Positions 12,861-23,948 of a DNA stretch of 64,000 bases are shown piece after piece. The translations under genes were made by a program, and so were the position numbers. The notes below the pieces were generated by a model that was given only the letters and a program-made list of their open reading frames with translations, was not told the DNA's origin and made no database searches. Positions within the stretch are counted from its first letter, which is position 1. The number at the start of each line of letters is the position of its first letter. Origin of the DNA: Monocercomonoides exilis PA203 (taxonomy: Eukaryota; Protista; Preaxostyla); NCBI GenBank assembly GCA_001643675.2, contig LSRY02000050.1, forward strand, positions 558,001-622,000, given 5' to 3'.

Positions 12861-13290
12861 GAATATAGATTTCTATTATTATTATTATACATATGCTCAT
12901 TTCCTGTCCACAGGGTGAACGATGTCTGATAGCCAATGCTGTATGACCTGCTGTCTGAAGTGACCATGCACCCATACGTGGGAATGTATTGTGAGGAGGA
13001 AGAAGAAGAAGATTTTAATGAAGAAGAAGAAGATGATGATGAAGATTTTGATGATTTCATTGAAGAAGAAAGAGAAGAAGAAGAAAGAGAAGAAGAAATT
13101 TCATCATAATTCCCATGCTCATAACCAACAGGGGGATAATACGGTTCTTCTCTTTCAATTTTGCACTCTTCTTCAGAGAAATCTCTTGAGCAAATGTTGA
13201 TGAAGAACTTTTCACTGAAGCCCAGGGCATACAAGGGACCATACATGGATCGAGTATTATTGTTATCATTGGAGAAGAAGAAGGAAGAAG
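12861..13290 (-). pseudogene. Inverted duplicate of an internal ELAPOR-like fragment (source ~7800-8285)
   Basis: Translation FFFSNDNNNTRSMYGPLYALGFSEKFF...FTLWTGNEHM is almost identical to the 4915-9427 protein; no start or stop context of its own. Confidence 0.92.
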
Positions 13291-13780
13291 AGGAAGAGGA
13301 AGAGGAAGAGGAAGAGGAAGAGGAAGAGGAAGAGGAAGAGGAAGAGGAAGAGGAAGAGGAAGAGGAAGAGGAAGAGGAAGAGGAAGAGGAAGAGGAAGAG
13401 GAAGAGGAAGAGGAAGAGGAAGAGGAAGAGGAAGAGGAAGAAGAAGAAGAAAATGAAAAAGAAGAAGAAGAAGAAGAAGAGGAGGAGGAGGAAAAGGAAG
13501 AAGAAGAGGAAGAGGAAGAAGAAGAAGAAGAGGAAGAGGAAGAGGAAGAAAAAGTATTAGTAGTAGAAGAAGATGGCAAAACAATGGAAGAAGAAGAAGA
13601 AAGAGGAGGAAGAGGAGAAGCGGAAGAAGAAGAAGAAGAAGAAGAAGAGGAAAAGGAAGAGGAAAAGGAAAAGGAAGAGGAAGAGGAAGAGGAAGAGGAA
13701 GAGGAAGAGGAAGAGGAAGAAGAAGAAGAAGAAGAAGAAGAAAGAAGAAGAAGAAGAAAGAGGAGAAGAAGAAGAAAAGA
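13272..13780. repeat. (GAAGAG)n/(GAA)n purine microsatellite
   Basis: Directly visible. Confidence 0.92.
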
Positions 13781-14632
13781 AAGTGATAGAAACGAAAAAA
13801 GCAAAAACATCATCATCTTCTTCTTCTTCTATCTCCTCTTCTTCCTCTTCCTCCACAGACGCATCCTCTTTGCATTCCTCTCTTTCTTCTTCTTCCCCTT
13901 CTTCCCCTTCGCATCTGCAAGCAGACTCAGCTGAATGCAGCAGCTTTTCCATTCTGCCAATGCGTCTTCTCTCCATCCAGCTGCTGTTCAGCATTGTTCT
14001 GAGCGATTCAACAATTTTGATGGAAAGAAATAAGAAAGGCACATTCACAGGCAGATGCTGTCAAAAAAACACAGGCCAACAAATACGATGAGGATGAGCG
14101 TCTTCGCAAGTTACTGCAAGTTGCTGAGTCTGAATTGATAAGGATCTGCAAGACCAATCCGTTTTTGAGTGAATTATATTTTTTAAATTCGCAAAATTAA
14201 CCAATAAATTTTCATGGAAAAGAACACAAAGAAAAAGAAGAATATGAAGTTCCAAATGAGGCAATACCATTTTTTTCAAAAAGCTTTTCTTCTCGCCTCT
14301 CTGATTGAAGCAGTCTGCCTTTCATCATTTCTTCCCAACCATTTATTTTTTATTAGCAAAAGTCAAAAGAACTTCTGTGCAACACTAAAAGTGAAAGAAA
14401 AAAGAGATAGAATAGAAAGGAAAAAATTAGAAATTATCATTGCAAAAAATGTTGCATTTGTTTTTATTTTTGATGATCTCTTTCTTTCTTTCTTTTTCTT
14501 TTGTTAATTCTTCAAAAAAAAAAAAAACATTGCAAATGCAACAATAAATTGGATAACACACTTCAATTAAATCAAACATTTCTATCGCTATCTGTTCTGT
14601 CTTTTTTGATTCGTTTCTTCTTCTTCCATGTG

Positions 14633-15684
14633 GCTTCGAGGTTTGCCTCGAAATCCACACAGAAATCGGTGAATCAACAACAGCCATCAAAACAACCCAA
14701 AATGATGACTTTCAACAAAATGCAACAAGCATCTTTACCGATAAATGCAAATCAAGTAGTATCGCTTTATATGATCAATTTGTTGAAATGAATTCAAAAT
14801 CCCGCATGTGTTTGGTTCCGCATATTGCATTAATCTTTCTTTGCCATCTCGACTTTGTTCATCTTCTCTCAGCCTCAAAATCTTTTGGAATAGAATCTCT
14901 TTCAATGCTCGATAAACGATGCTGTCCATTGTTGCCTTGATAAATTCTCTCATGCGTTCAATTATCATGCGCCCAATCATCAAAAAAACTGCGAATTGTT
15001 GAAAGCTTGATTCCCTCCATCAATCTTCCTTCAGCTTGCACAACCCATTCGAGAAGCGAACTAATAATAAAATCATCCTGATATCTCAAAACTTTTCTCA
15101 ACACTTTAAATTTGAAGCATTCACGGAAACAAGCAAACATTCTGAAATAACAGAAAAAATCATTTCTGATAAGGAAAGCTTCCAGAAAACTCTTAATGTG
15201 AGGGAAATAAGTGAAATATATATGTTTGAATTTTAATCTGCAACAACGTTTAAATGCACAGTTTAATGTGCAAATTGTTGCTTTTTTGTCTCTTCTTCGA
15301 AAAGTTCTTTTCAAAGTCCTTTCGCTTCTTCTTCATATTGCTCAGAATATTAAAATAGATATTTTTTTTGTACTCAATTCCAGACATGTGGGATATTTTT
15401 TGATACGTTCAACTATTCATCGAAATTCAATCCATTTCCATGAAATGAATTATTGTTGGTTCGATCAGACAGAAAATAAACTCTTTCGTATTTGGCTAAA
15501 TACGACTAATATTGCAGCTTCTTTGCGATTTCTTTTTTAACACAGATTTTTATTAAACAAAGGAATTGAGTTTGACAATTATATTTTAATTTTGCCAATT
15601 ATCAACAATGTTTGTTTTTCTGTTTGTTTTTCTGTTTTTCATTTGATATTTTGCAGCAAATTGATCTTTTCTAATAATAGCAGA
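14633..15684. repeat. Duplicated upstream non-coding block of family F (paralogous to 1-1056)
   Basis: Colinear high-identity match to 1-1056. Confidence 0.9.
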
Positions 15685-17134
15685 ATGGATATATGTGAAG
15701 AAGACAAATCCAATGATGACACTCAGGAGCCGTCTCTTGAAGATAAGTTTTCAAGTTTGTTTATTTTACTATTTTTTGAGTGTTCAGCGCTTTCCATCAT
15801 AAATAAATTTATTGAAGAATTGTTTTGTGAACTGGAGCATTGCCCAGAAAGCGAGCAGAAAGTGAAAATCGAAGAAATGAATGAAATCATTGAAGAAATG
15901 AGTGAAAGAGAATTCAAATCTGTTTTCACAACAAGAATGTTCGACAAAATATACAAAATGATTGAAGAAAAGAAAATGACAATGGAAAATGCAATTTTGT
16001 TGATGAATCATGCTGGATATTGCAAGGTGCTGAAAAATTTTTGGAATCCATTCTTTGAAAAATCTTCATTGAGCAGAAGATTCGAACAGATGATTTTTGA
16101 AGAAGAAAAGAAAAAAGAAAGAAAGAACGAAAAGCTTTTTGTTGACCTTTGCGAATGTTTTGTTTTTCTGAATGGTTGCATAAATTCGAAAATGCTTTGC
16201 GTATGCGTGCCTTACCTCCTGAAAGTTGCATTGCACAAAGAGGAAAGCGAGGAGACTCAAAAAGAAGTGGAAATGGCTTTGCTAACTTTGAACGGAGTGG
16301 GATATTGTGTATGAGCACTTCTTTTTCATTTTTATTATGCTTGCTTTTTTCCCCTTTATTTCTGATTAGGAAGTGAAACAAAAAGTGTATTTGAAGGAAA
16401 TTACAGAAATCATCAAACATCAGCAGAAACACAGAAATCTCACAAAACTTGCTTATCAATATGCTTGGCAGTTTTTAATAAAAAGATTTATCGAAGATAG
16501 AAATTTGGAAGATACAGTTGTGAATGAGCTGCATTTCGGAAGAGAGGCAGCAAGAGAATTGGAAGAGCTGTCAAGAAATATGGATTGGAAGAAGAAAAAA
16601 GAGGAAATGAGTAAAGAAGAAGCGAAAGAAGAATTTGCATTGATGAGATGGCTCGAAACATTGAAGATTTATTTCTTCTGTTGTCAATTGCATAATGAAG
16701 AATTTATTGGGCTTTTTTGCAGAATTGTTCAGATATATCGAGCAGCAAAGGATAATTGCAGAGATATTAGCAATCTATGCATGTATCCCTTGAGATATGC
16801 AGCAAAAAATAGATTTGTGAAAGTTGAAGTTTTATTGAAAGGAGGTGCTATTGATGTTTTTTTGGAGGAGATGCAGCGACCGAAATTGAATTACAACATA
16901 GCGTATGAATGCTTTCAATTCTTTATGAATGTTTCAAATCGATTGAAAGAAAAAACGGATAACAAAATGGAAGAAGTGAAAAGAAAGGCAACGAAAAGGA
17001 AGGTTTTTGAAAAGCTGGAGGAAGAAGGATACGAAGATACCATCACCAGCTTTTATGAAACTTTAAAGATTTTAAACGCACGACCTTATCGTACACTATC
17101 GTTGAAAATTTCAGATTATTTTGTGAATGTTTGA
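15685..17134 (+). CDS. Family F copy 2, 3 exons (15685-15754, 15818-16308, 16370-17134)
   Basis: Same intron positions and phases as copy 1; GT-AG introns 15755-15817 and 16309-16369. Confidence 0.88.
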
Positions 17135-18201
17135 GGAAATACATTGTATTTTGTAACTCTTTATTTTCAATTTTCTCTTTTTTCATTCATTTCACAAAAA
17201 AGAAAACAAACGAGTTATTTTGTATCAACTGTTTTTCCATAACTTCGAAACGAGACAAAGAAATGAAAAAGATCAAAAAGAAGAAGAAGAAGAAGAAGAA
17301 TGAAATTGAATTATGAATGATAAACAATTTCTGATTAAAAAACACTCAACAAGTTTCTTCCATAAGAATTTTAAATGTTGAAAATTCCACAAATCACAGT
17401 TTCAACACGAGAATTTGAAAATATAATCTGTTTTGCAATTAACCAAAGCTTCATTGATGAAATGTTATATTTGAACTTCTGCTTCATCAAAAAGGGATTT
17501 TGTCTTCTTTTTTTATTGTTGCTTGATTGCTTGTTGGAAAAGTGTTCTTGAAATTGTCTTACTCATTTTATTCAGACCTCTCACCCTCACCAACAATAAA
17601 GTGGAAGAGGATATGATATTTTTCCTCTTTCTCTTTTCCCTTCTTTTCTTTTGGCATTATTTCAACCCACCGTTCCATTGTCCAAATCAAATTGTTTTTC
17701 ATTCGATGCAATTTTTCATCAAAGCATGATATCAGGCTCTTTGGAATGACTCATTCAGCAGAAAAGTGTGTACTCTCTCACTCTCTTTCATCAGTCCGTT
17801 CTTCTTTTTCTTCGTCTTCTTCCTCCTTTTTCTTCATCATCTGCTCAACAATCATGTTTGGCTTTGTTTCAATCAGTTAACAATTTTCGGTTCAATTCTT
17901 TTTTTTTCTATTTTTGTAGAAAAGAGTTATCACCAAATTTTCTTCATATTCGATTTTGTGATTTGCCTTTTTTGCCTTTTGCAGAAATTCATGAATAACT
18001 TTTTTCTGTTATTTTTTGAAAACATAAAATGAAGAATGAATACAAGTATCACATTTATTTTTATCTGATAAAAATAAATGCACAAAATAATTGATAAATA
18101 AAAGATGACAAAGCCTCAAATAAAAGTTGAAATTTGTTTTGTCTGTGATCAGACTTCCATAAGTATTTATATTGTGCTCCTTTTTTTTATTTTGACTTTC
18201 A

Positions 18202-19638
18202 ATGCTCTTGCGATTCATTCTGCTTCTGGGGAATCTGCGCGGGGAAGAACTGACAATTTATATTTCAGGGCAAGGGGAAGATAGTGAAAATTGCGGGGAA
18301 ATGGAGCATCCGTGCTTGACATGGAAATACGCTTCGAAGCAGCATCCAGCTCCGAATAAGCTGCTGTTTCTTATTCCGTCAGAAGCGTTTGGCCACCCTT
18401 CGGTTGAGCTGAAGGGCCGAAGCATCGAGATGCAATCGAAGGCAGGGGCTGGATCCACGCTGATTTATCCCAATTACGCCAAGCCGTTTCCGTTTTTCAA
18501 AATTGTTTCGACAGACTTCACGCTGAGGTCGCTAAACTTCAACACAAAGGCGTACGAAGACGGAACAATCCCGTTTCTGAGTGCGGATGAGAAATGCGCG
18601 GTGCTGCTCGAGAATATCGATTTGCGAGCAAATTCGGATGGCTCGGCTGATCCCACAAAACTGGATCCGTTTATGATCTTGAAAAGTTCGAGCATTACTG
18701 TTAAGAATTGCAATGTCGAGGATCAACGAAATTATTCGCACGAATATTCGTATGAAGAAAAAGTTGCGTGTGCATGGAACAGTGGCTGTATTGAACTGAG
18801 CGAGTGCAAAGCGAATATGGAAAACACAACGTTTCGGAATGGGGTGCGTGGGTTCATATTGCAGAGGGGCGGGTGGTTGGGGCTGGGGAACGACACGTTT
18901 GACACGTGGACATATTTGGGCTATTCCGATCTGCGCAGGACAGTGCGTTGCGAGAGCGAAGGGACCTTGAGCATTTCTGCCATAAAGACGCTGAACGGGA
19001 ACGATGTGATGGATGATTTGTGGATGGACATTGGCGACTGCAAAATGGAGAAGAACGAAAACGGTGGGAAATATGTGTATTTCCACGTGAATATCTCGAA
19101 TGTTTCATGGAGCTGGGCACAGAAATACGAGCTTCTGCGATTTGAGGTGGAGGGCTATGGGTTTGGTCCGTGCAGAAGCAGAATTCTGATGGGCTTCACG
19201 GTGAAGGGCGCAACAGAAAAGACAGTTGTGACGATCGAGCGTCCAGACATGTTCGACAGAAAAAAAATGACGCTGGATGTGAAAAGCAAAGAATTCGGTG
19301 GGGCGCAAAATGTGTCTTTCCAGATTGAGTATCCGTCGGGGAAGGACAACGGGGTTGGGACGGATGTGACAGCGGAATTTAGCGTGGAGCTGCCTGAGTG
19401 GCTGGATGATGGGCAGTCATTGGAGGAGAAAGAAAGAGAAGGGAGGAGAAGGAGAAGGCTGATAATAATCATTGCAGCGTCAGCTTCGGGGTTTGTGCTG
19501 GTTGTGGCAGCAGTGACAGTTGTGGTGGTTGTGCTGTTGGTGAGGAAAAGGCACAAAATGATGAATGTTGAGCACGAGCCAGAGGAGGCACAGAGCGGGC
19601 TGCTTTATCAATCAAAGGATCAAAGCAGTGGAGTTTAG
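18202..19638 (+). CDS. Intronless type I membrane/surface protein with a beta-helix-like ectodomain
   Basis: 478-aa ORF with short N-terminal hydrophobic leader, YIS..G.D...CG....PC.T..YA motif, RRRRR followed by a long hydrophobic TM and short tail; GC-richer than its flanks. Confidence 0.8.
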   Translation: MLLRFILLLGNLRGEELTIYISGQGEDSENCGEMEHPCLTWKYASKQHPAPNKLLFLIPSEAFGHPSVELKGRSIEMQSKAGAGSTLIYPNYAKPFPFFKIVSTDFTLRSLNFNTKAYEDGTIPFLSADEKCAVLLENIDLRANSDGSADPTKLDPFMILKSSSITVKNCNVEDQRNYSHEYSYEEKVACAWNSGCIELSECKANMENTTFRNGVRGFILQRGGWLGLGNDTFDTWTYLGYSDLRRTVRCESEGTLSISAIKTLNGNDVMDDLWMDIGDCKMEKNENGGKYVYFHVNISNVSWSWAQKYELLRFEVEGYGFGPCRSRILMGFTVKGATEKTVVTIERPDMFDRKKMTLDVKSKEFGGAQNVSFQIEYPSGKDNGVGTDVTAEFSVELPEWLDDGQSLEEKEREGRRRRRLIIIIAASASGFVLVVAAVTVVVVVLLVRKRHKMMNVEHEPEEAQSGLLYQSKDQSSGV

Positions 19639-20799
19639 ATTGTTTGCCACCGATATTTGCATTTTGAGAATCTGTCGATGAACATAAACTGCTTGTTTGT
19701 GCGAGTGTTTTTATCATTGTTTGAATTGTATTTTCCTCCTTTTTTTATGTTTCGATTGGAATACGTTTTCATTGTTTTTCTTTTCTTTTTCTTTTTTTGT
19801 TTGCTTATCATGTTTTTTTTATTTTGTTTTGTGGCTGGCTGCTGTTTGTTGTATTTCTGCAGTTATGTGTTTGTATTATTTCTTTTGCTGAATGAAGTGC
19901 TGAAAAATGAACAATCCTCCATTTGCATGATGCTTGTGCTTGGACAAAATGTGCTTTGTTATTTTTGCTTTTCTGCGTTTGGCAAGCACAGCACACAAAC
20001 GGACTTGTAATTGAAAGAATGAAGGATTGAAGAGTTTTATTTTTTCATTTTATTTAATTTTTTTATTTTCCTGAATTCGTTTTGGAGTTTTGTGGCTGTT
20101 TCAGCTTTTCGTTTTTTTGTTGCAGTTTTTCTGTAAAAGTGGGATTTGTCATTATTTTATTTTATTTTTCGGTTCGACGTCTGCTGATCCTTTATGTTCA
20201 GTGATGCCCTTGAAACAGCGATTTTTGTTTTCTTTTTTCGAATTGCACCTCAGAGTTGGATGGCTTTAACAATTGAACTTTGTCTGTGAATGAACCAAAA
20301 AATCGCGCAAATGGTCAACTGTTTTATTGATTGTTTTTCTTTCTTGGCAGTTTTTTGTTCAAGGCTGCCCGTCTTGAAATAATCTGCCAAAGACTGCCAA
20401 TGTGTTTGTGCTGAGAAATTGCAAATAATGATATTTTGAATTATTCTGGTCTGTTTTTTATGTTATTCTGTTTTGCCCAACAATTCGAAGAGAAACAATT
20501 AACAATGCCTTCTTTTATTGATTTGTTCGATGTATTGAGCGTTTGTGGCTTGAAAGGATAATTTGTTTCAAGTCGGTCAGCGAATCGTCAACGATTGATA
20601 ATCAAAAAAAGAAAAAAATAATATTCTATTTATTGTCTGAAAAATTACAATTTTTGGAATAATCTGATTTGACTTGAAAGTTGCATTCGCATGTCTTGAA
20701 GCCACAACAATCATGAAAACACAAATTCTGAAAATGACAGAACTGATAAAAACAAAAATGTTCAAAAAAAAAAAAAAAATTAAACTTTAAAGAAAACGA

Positions 20800-22230
20800 C
20801 ACTCATAAAAACAAGAATTATTGAGTCTTTCGTTTCCTTGTTCAAGAGAATTGGCAATGATCCCCAAATGGACCTGGCTGCATTTCTGGATGAAATGTTG
20901 CTCAAGGTGCTCATATTCCCAGCGCCACATGTGGGCAAGCATCTGAACGAATTCGTTCTATTTAAAGAATAACTTTGTCTTTTTGTTCATGCATTCACAC
21001 ACAATCACGAAATTGAAAAAGAAAACTGTTCCTGTATTTTCTCTCATTTAGCTCTGATCAGCTCCTTCAACCACAAACGTTGCAATAACCATCCGAATTC
21101 AGGCTTGGTATTGCTGTCACAAAACACACTTCTCCTTTCACCATTTCATTACCGAAGATATCAAATGGCCTCATTAATCATGCAACCAAATCAATTCTCC
21201 TTCATCAGATGCATTTCCTTTCCCCATTTCCAATTCCTCTTCCAACTGCAATGAACCCTCACCCAATTTCCAACAATTGCGCAACTTCAATCGACTTTCT
21301 TTCATTCAAAACTGACTCGTGACTTGGACAGCTGTTTTTGTCTGACTTTTGCCCACTTTCCTTTCCTTTTCCTTTTCCCCTCAGCATCAAGAGTCAACCA
21401 GCATCCAATCCAATAAAATTTAAAACCCTTTTTCAATGGACTTCGAATCCTGTAAATCTTCATGAGAAAAGTCATTCATCCTATAATTCCGTCGGTTCAG
21501 ATTCACTAAGTCAATCCCCCTTTTCCCTTCAACTCACCATTCATCGCTTTCTGCCAATCTTTCGTCCTCCTCTTTTCCCTCTTTTCATTTTTTCTTCTGC
21601 ACTTGAGACATGGATGCAATTATTTCCTGCTCAGCTGCACTTCCATTTTCCGAAGTCCACAAATTCTTCCTTTTGTCATGCAATTCTTGTAATTATTTGA
21701 ACGTGTTCAATGGCAGTTGTTCTCCCAAGCCCTACAATCGAACAAATAAAAGAAAGAACTGTTCCGCATGAACATTGATAATATGAATTTCTCTTTTTGA
21801 GGGAATCCTTTGAACCTGGAAAAGAATCAGAATTCTCTTTCATTTCCATCATTTTTTCGATGTCTGCCTCTGTTTTCATCATGAATTTCACAAAAGCATC
21901 CACAAATACCTTCATATCAACGGAGCTGCGCAAAACAAGGCAGACCTCCAGAAGCCTTGTTTTCTTTGGAAAATATTGTGTGAATCATTCCTCAACAAAA
22001 GTCTGAAATCGTTCGTCAAAAATCTGTTTGCATTAGCCTTTTCTCATGCTGAAAAACAATTTCAATGAAAACAGCCATCATCAATCCAAATTGAAGAAAA
22101 CAACAATCGTGTGTTGTGTGATCGGATGATGTTCTCATGAATTTTGATCCAACGATTTTTTCAGAATGGAAGTGATCGCAATCAGAAAAAAAGGATTTGC
22201 TTGATCTCCAAGTGAAAACAGATTTCAATT
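20800..22230 (-). pseudogene. Degraded coding-like sequence of unknown origin
   Basis: More balanced composition than flanks and short protein-like ORFs (21676-21933, 22016-22228); no intact gene model found. Confidence 0.25.
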
Positions 22231-22327
22231 CTTGCTTGGAACATAAAAATGTTTGGATTTGTCAATGATCTCATTTATTTGATTGGATTGTTGATTTTTC
22301 TTGTGTCTGGATTGCACAATATGCAGA

Positions 22328-23948
22328 ATGAACACAAATAATGATTATTATGATTTTTATGATTATTGTGACGATGATGATGATGATGGTAATGATTCGG
22401 ATTTTGAATGTGATTATGATTATGATGAATTTGATGATGAATATGATTTTTTTGAAAATGATTATCTTGGAGAAGTTCCAGTGATTGATGAATTTCAATC
22501 AGAACTCACAGACAGATTCACAAGTTTGTGAAAGATTTTTTATTTAAAAAAATATATCATTGAGAAAATGATTTCATTTTTTTCAAAGAATTATTTTCAG
22601 AAATTGGCCAGTGCGATGAAGTTGAAAAGATGCAGAAAGTTGATGAAATGAAGAGAATTGTCAAAGAGATGAATGAGCATGTGATTAATTCCATTTTATC
22701 GAATGAAATGTTTGAAAAAACTGATGAAATGATTGAAGAAAAGAAAATGCGCTTCATTGATGCCCTTGGGCTGTTGATGCACATGAAACAATGCTGCAAA
22801 GCCCTCATCGAACCATGTGCAAACTTTGGGCAAACATCTTTTGGCAAAAGGTTGGAGAAGATGATTTTTGATGAAAATGGGAAGAAAGAAGGGAGAAACG
22901 AAAAGTTTTTGATTTATCTTTGTGAGTGCTTTCTCAATCTGAATGGTTTATCGTCCAGCATTTCAAATGAATTGCTCATGATTTTCGTTCCCTGTCTTTT
23001 CAACGTTGCTTTGAAGAAAGAGACAGATGAAGAAACCCAGAAAGAAGTGGAGATGGCATTGCTTGCTTTGGGAAACATCAAATGGAATGCAGTTTGAATT
23101 AATTAAACATTTGTGATTATGCAGCTTCTTTTTCCTTTTCTTTTTGTTTGTGTGTGTGTTTGTGTCTTTGTTAATATCAGAAAATTGAAAAAAATATTTA
23201 TCTGAAAGAGATTGTTGAAATCATAAAATTCCATCAGAAGCATCACAACATGACACGAACTGCGAACAAGTCAGCTTGGGAATTTTTGTTCGACAGGTTT
23301 TGCAAGGACACAAGTTTGGAACATGTGATTGTGAATTTGCTTCAATTTCCGACTCAGGCAGTGAGCGAGTTGGAAGAGTTGAATGAAGAAATTGATTGGG
23401 GGAACAAAAATGAAGAAAAAGGAGGAAATGAAAAAGACAAGAAAGAAACCATCAAATGGTGGATTGGAAAGTTAGAGTTTATTTTTCCATTCGAAATCTC
23501 GATTGACAATTGTGAAAAGCTGGCTTGTTGTTTGATTGAACTGTGCAAAGCAGCAAGAGAGAATGAAAGAGAAATATATGAGGGATGCATCTCTGTTTTG
23601 TGCGTGATGGCTGGGGATAAATTCATCTCAATTGACGTTTTGCGAAAAAGTGGGGTTTTTGGTCTGGTTTTGGAGGAAATCTCGCGATCAACATTGAATG
23701 ACAAAATTGTGGCAAATTGTTTGAGATTCTTTCTGCATATATCTGAAAGACTGAAAGAAAAAGAGTATTTTGAATCAGATGATGAAGTGAGGAAGACATT
23801 AAAGAGAGTGATATTTGAAAAGATGGAGGAAGAAGGAAACGAAGATATCATCTTAAGTTTTCAAGGTATATTGAGTTTTCTCAATGAAAAATATTATTGC
23901 AGTTCCGTATTATCGTTTAATATTTCAGATTATAATGTGAATAATTGA
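22328..23948 (+). CDS. Family F copy 3 (divergent; acidic D/Y-rich N-terminal extension), exons 22328-22523, 22589-23091, 23181-23948
   Basis: Conserved intron positions and phases; KLFSEIGQC, VPCL, QKEVEMALLAL, EEEGNED and NISDY motifs. Confidence 0.85.

Noticed and set aside
14735-15540. Short ORFs in the duplicated upstream block as a partner gene of family F
   Set aside because: The paralogous block at 1-1056 has stops and indels in these frames, so no conserved ORF is supported
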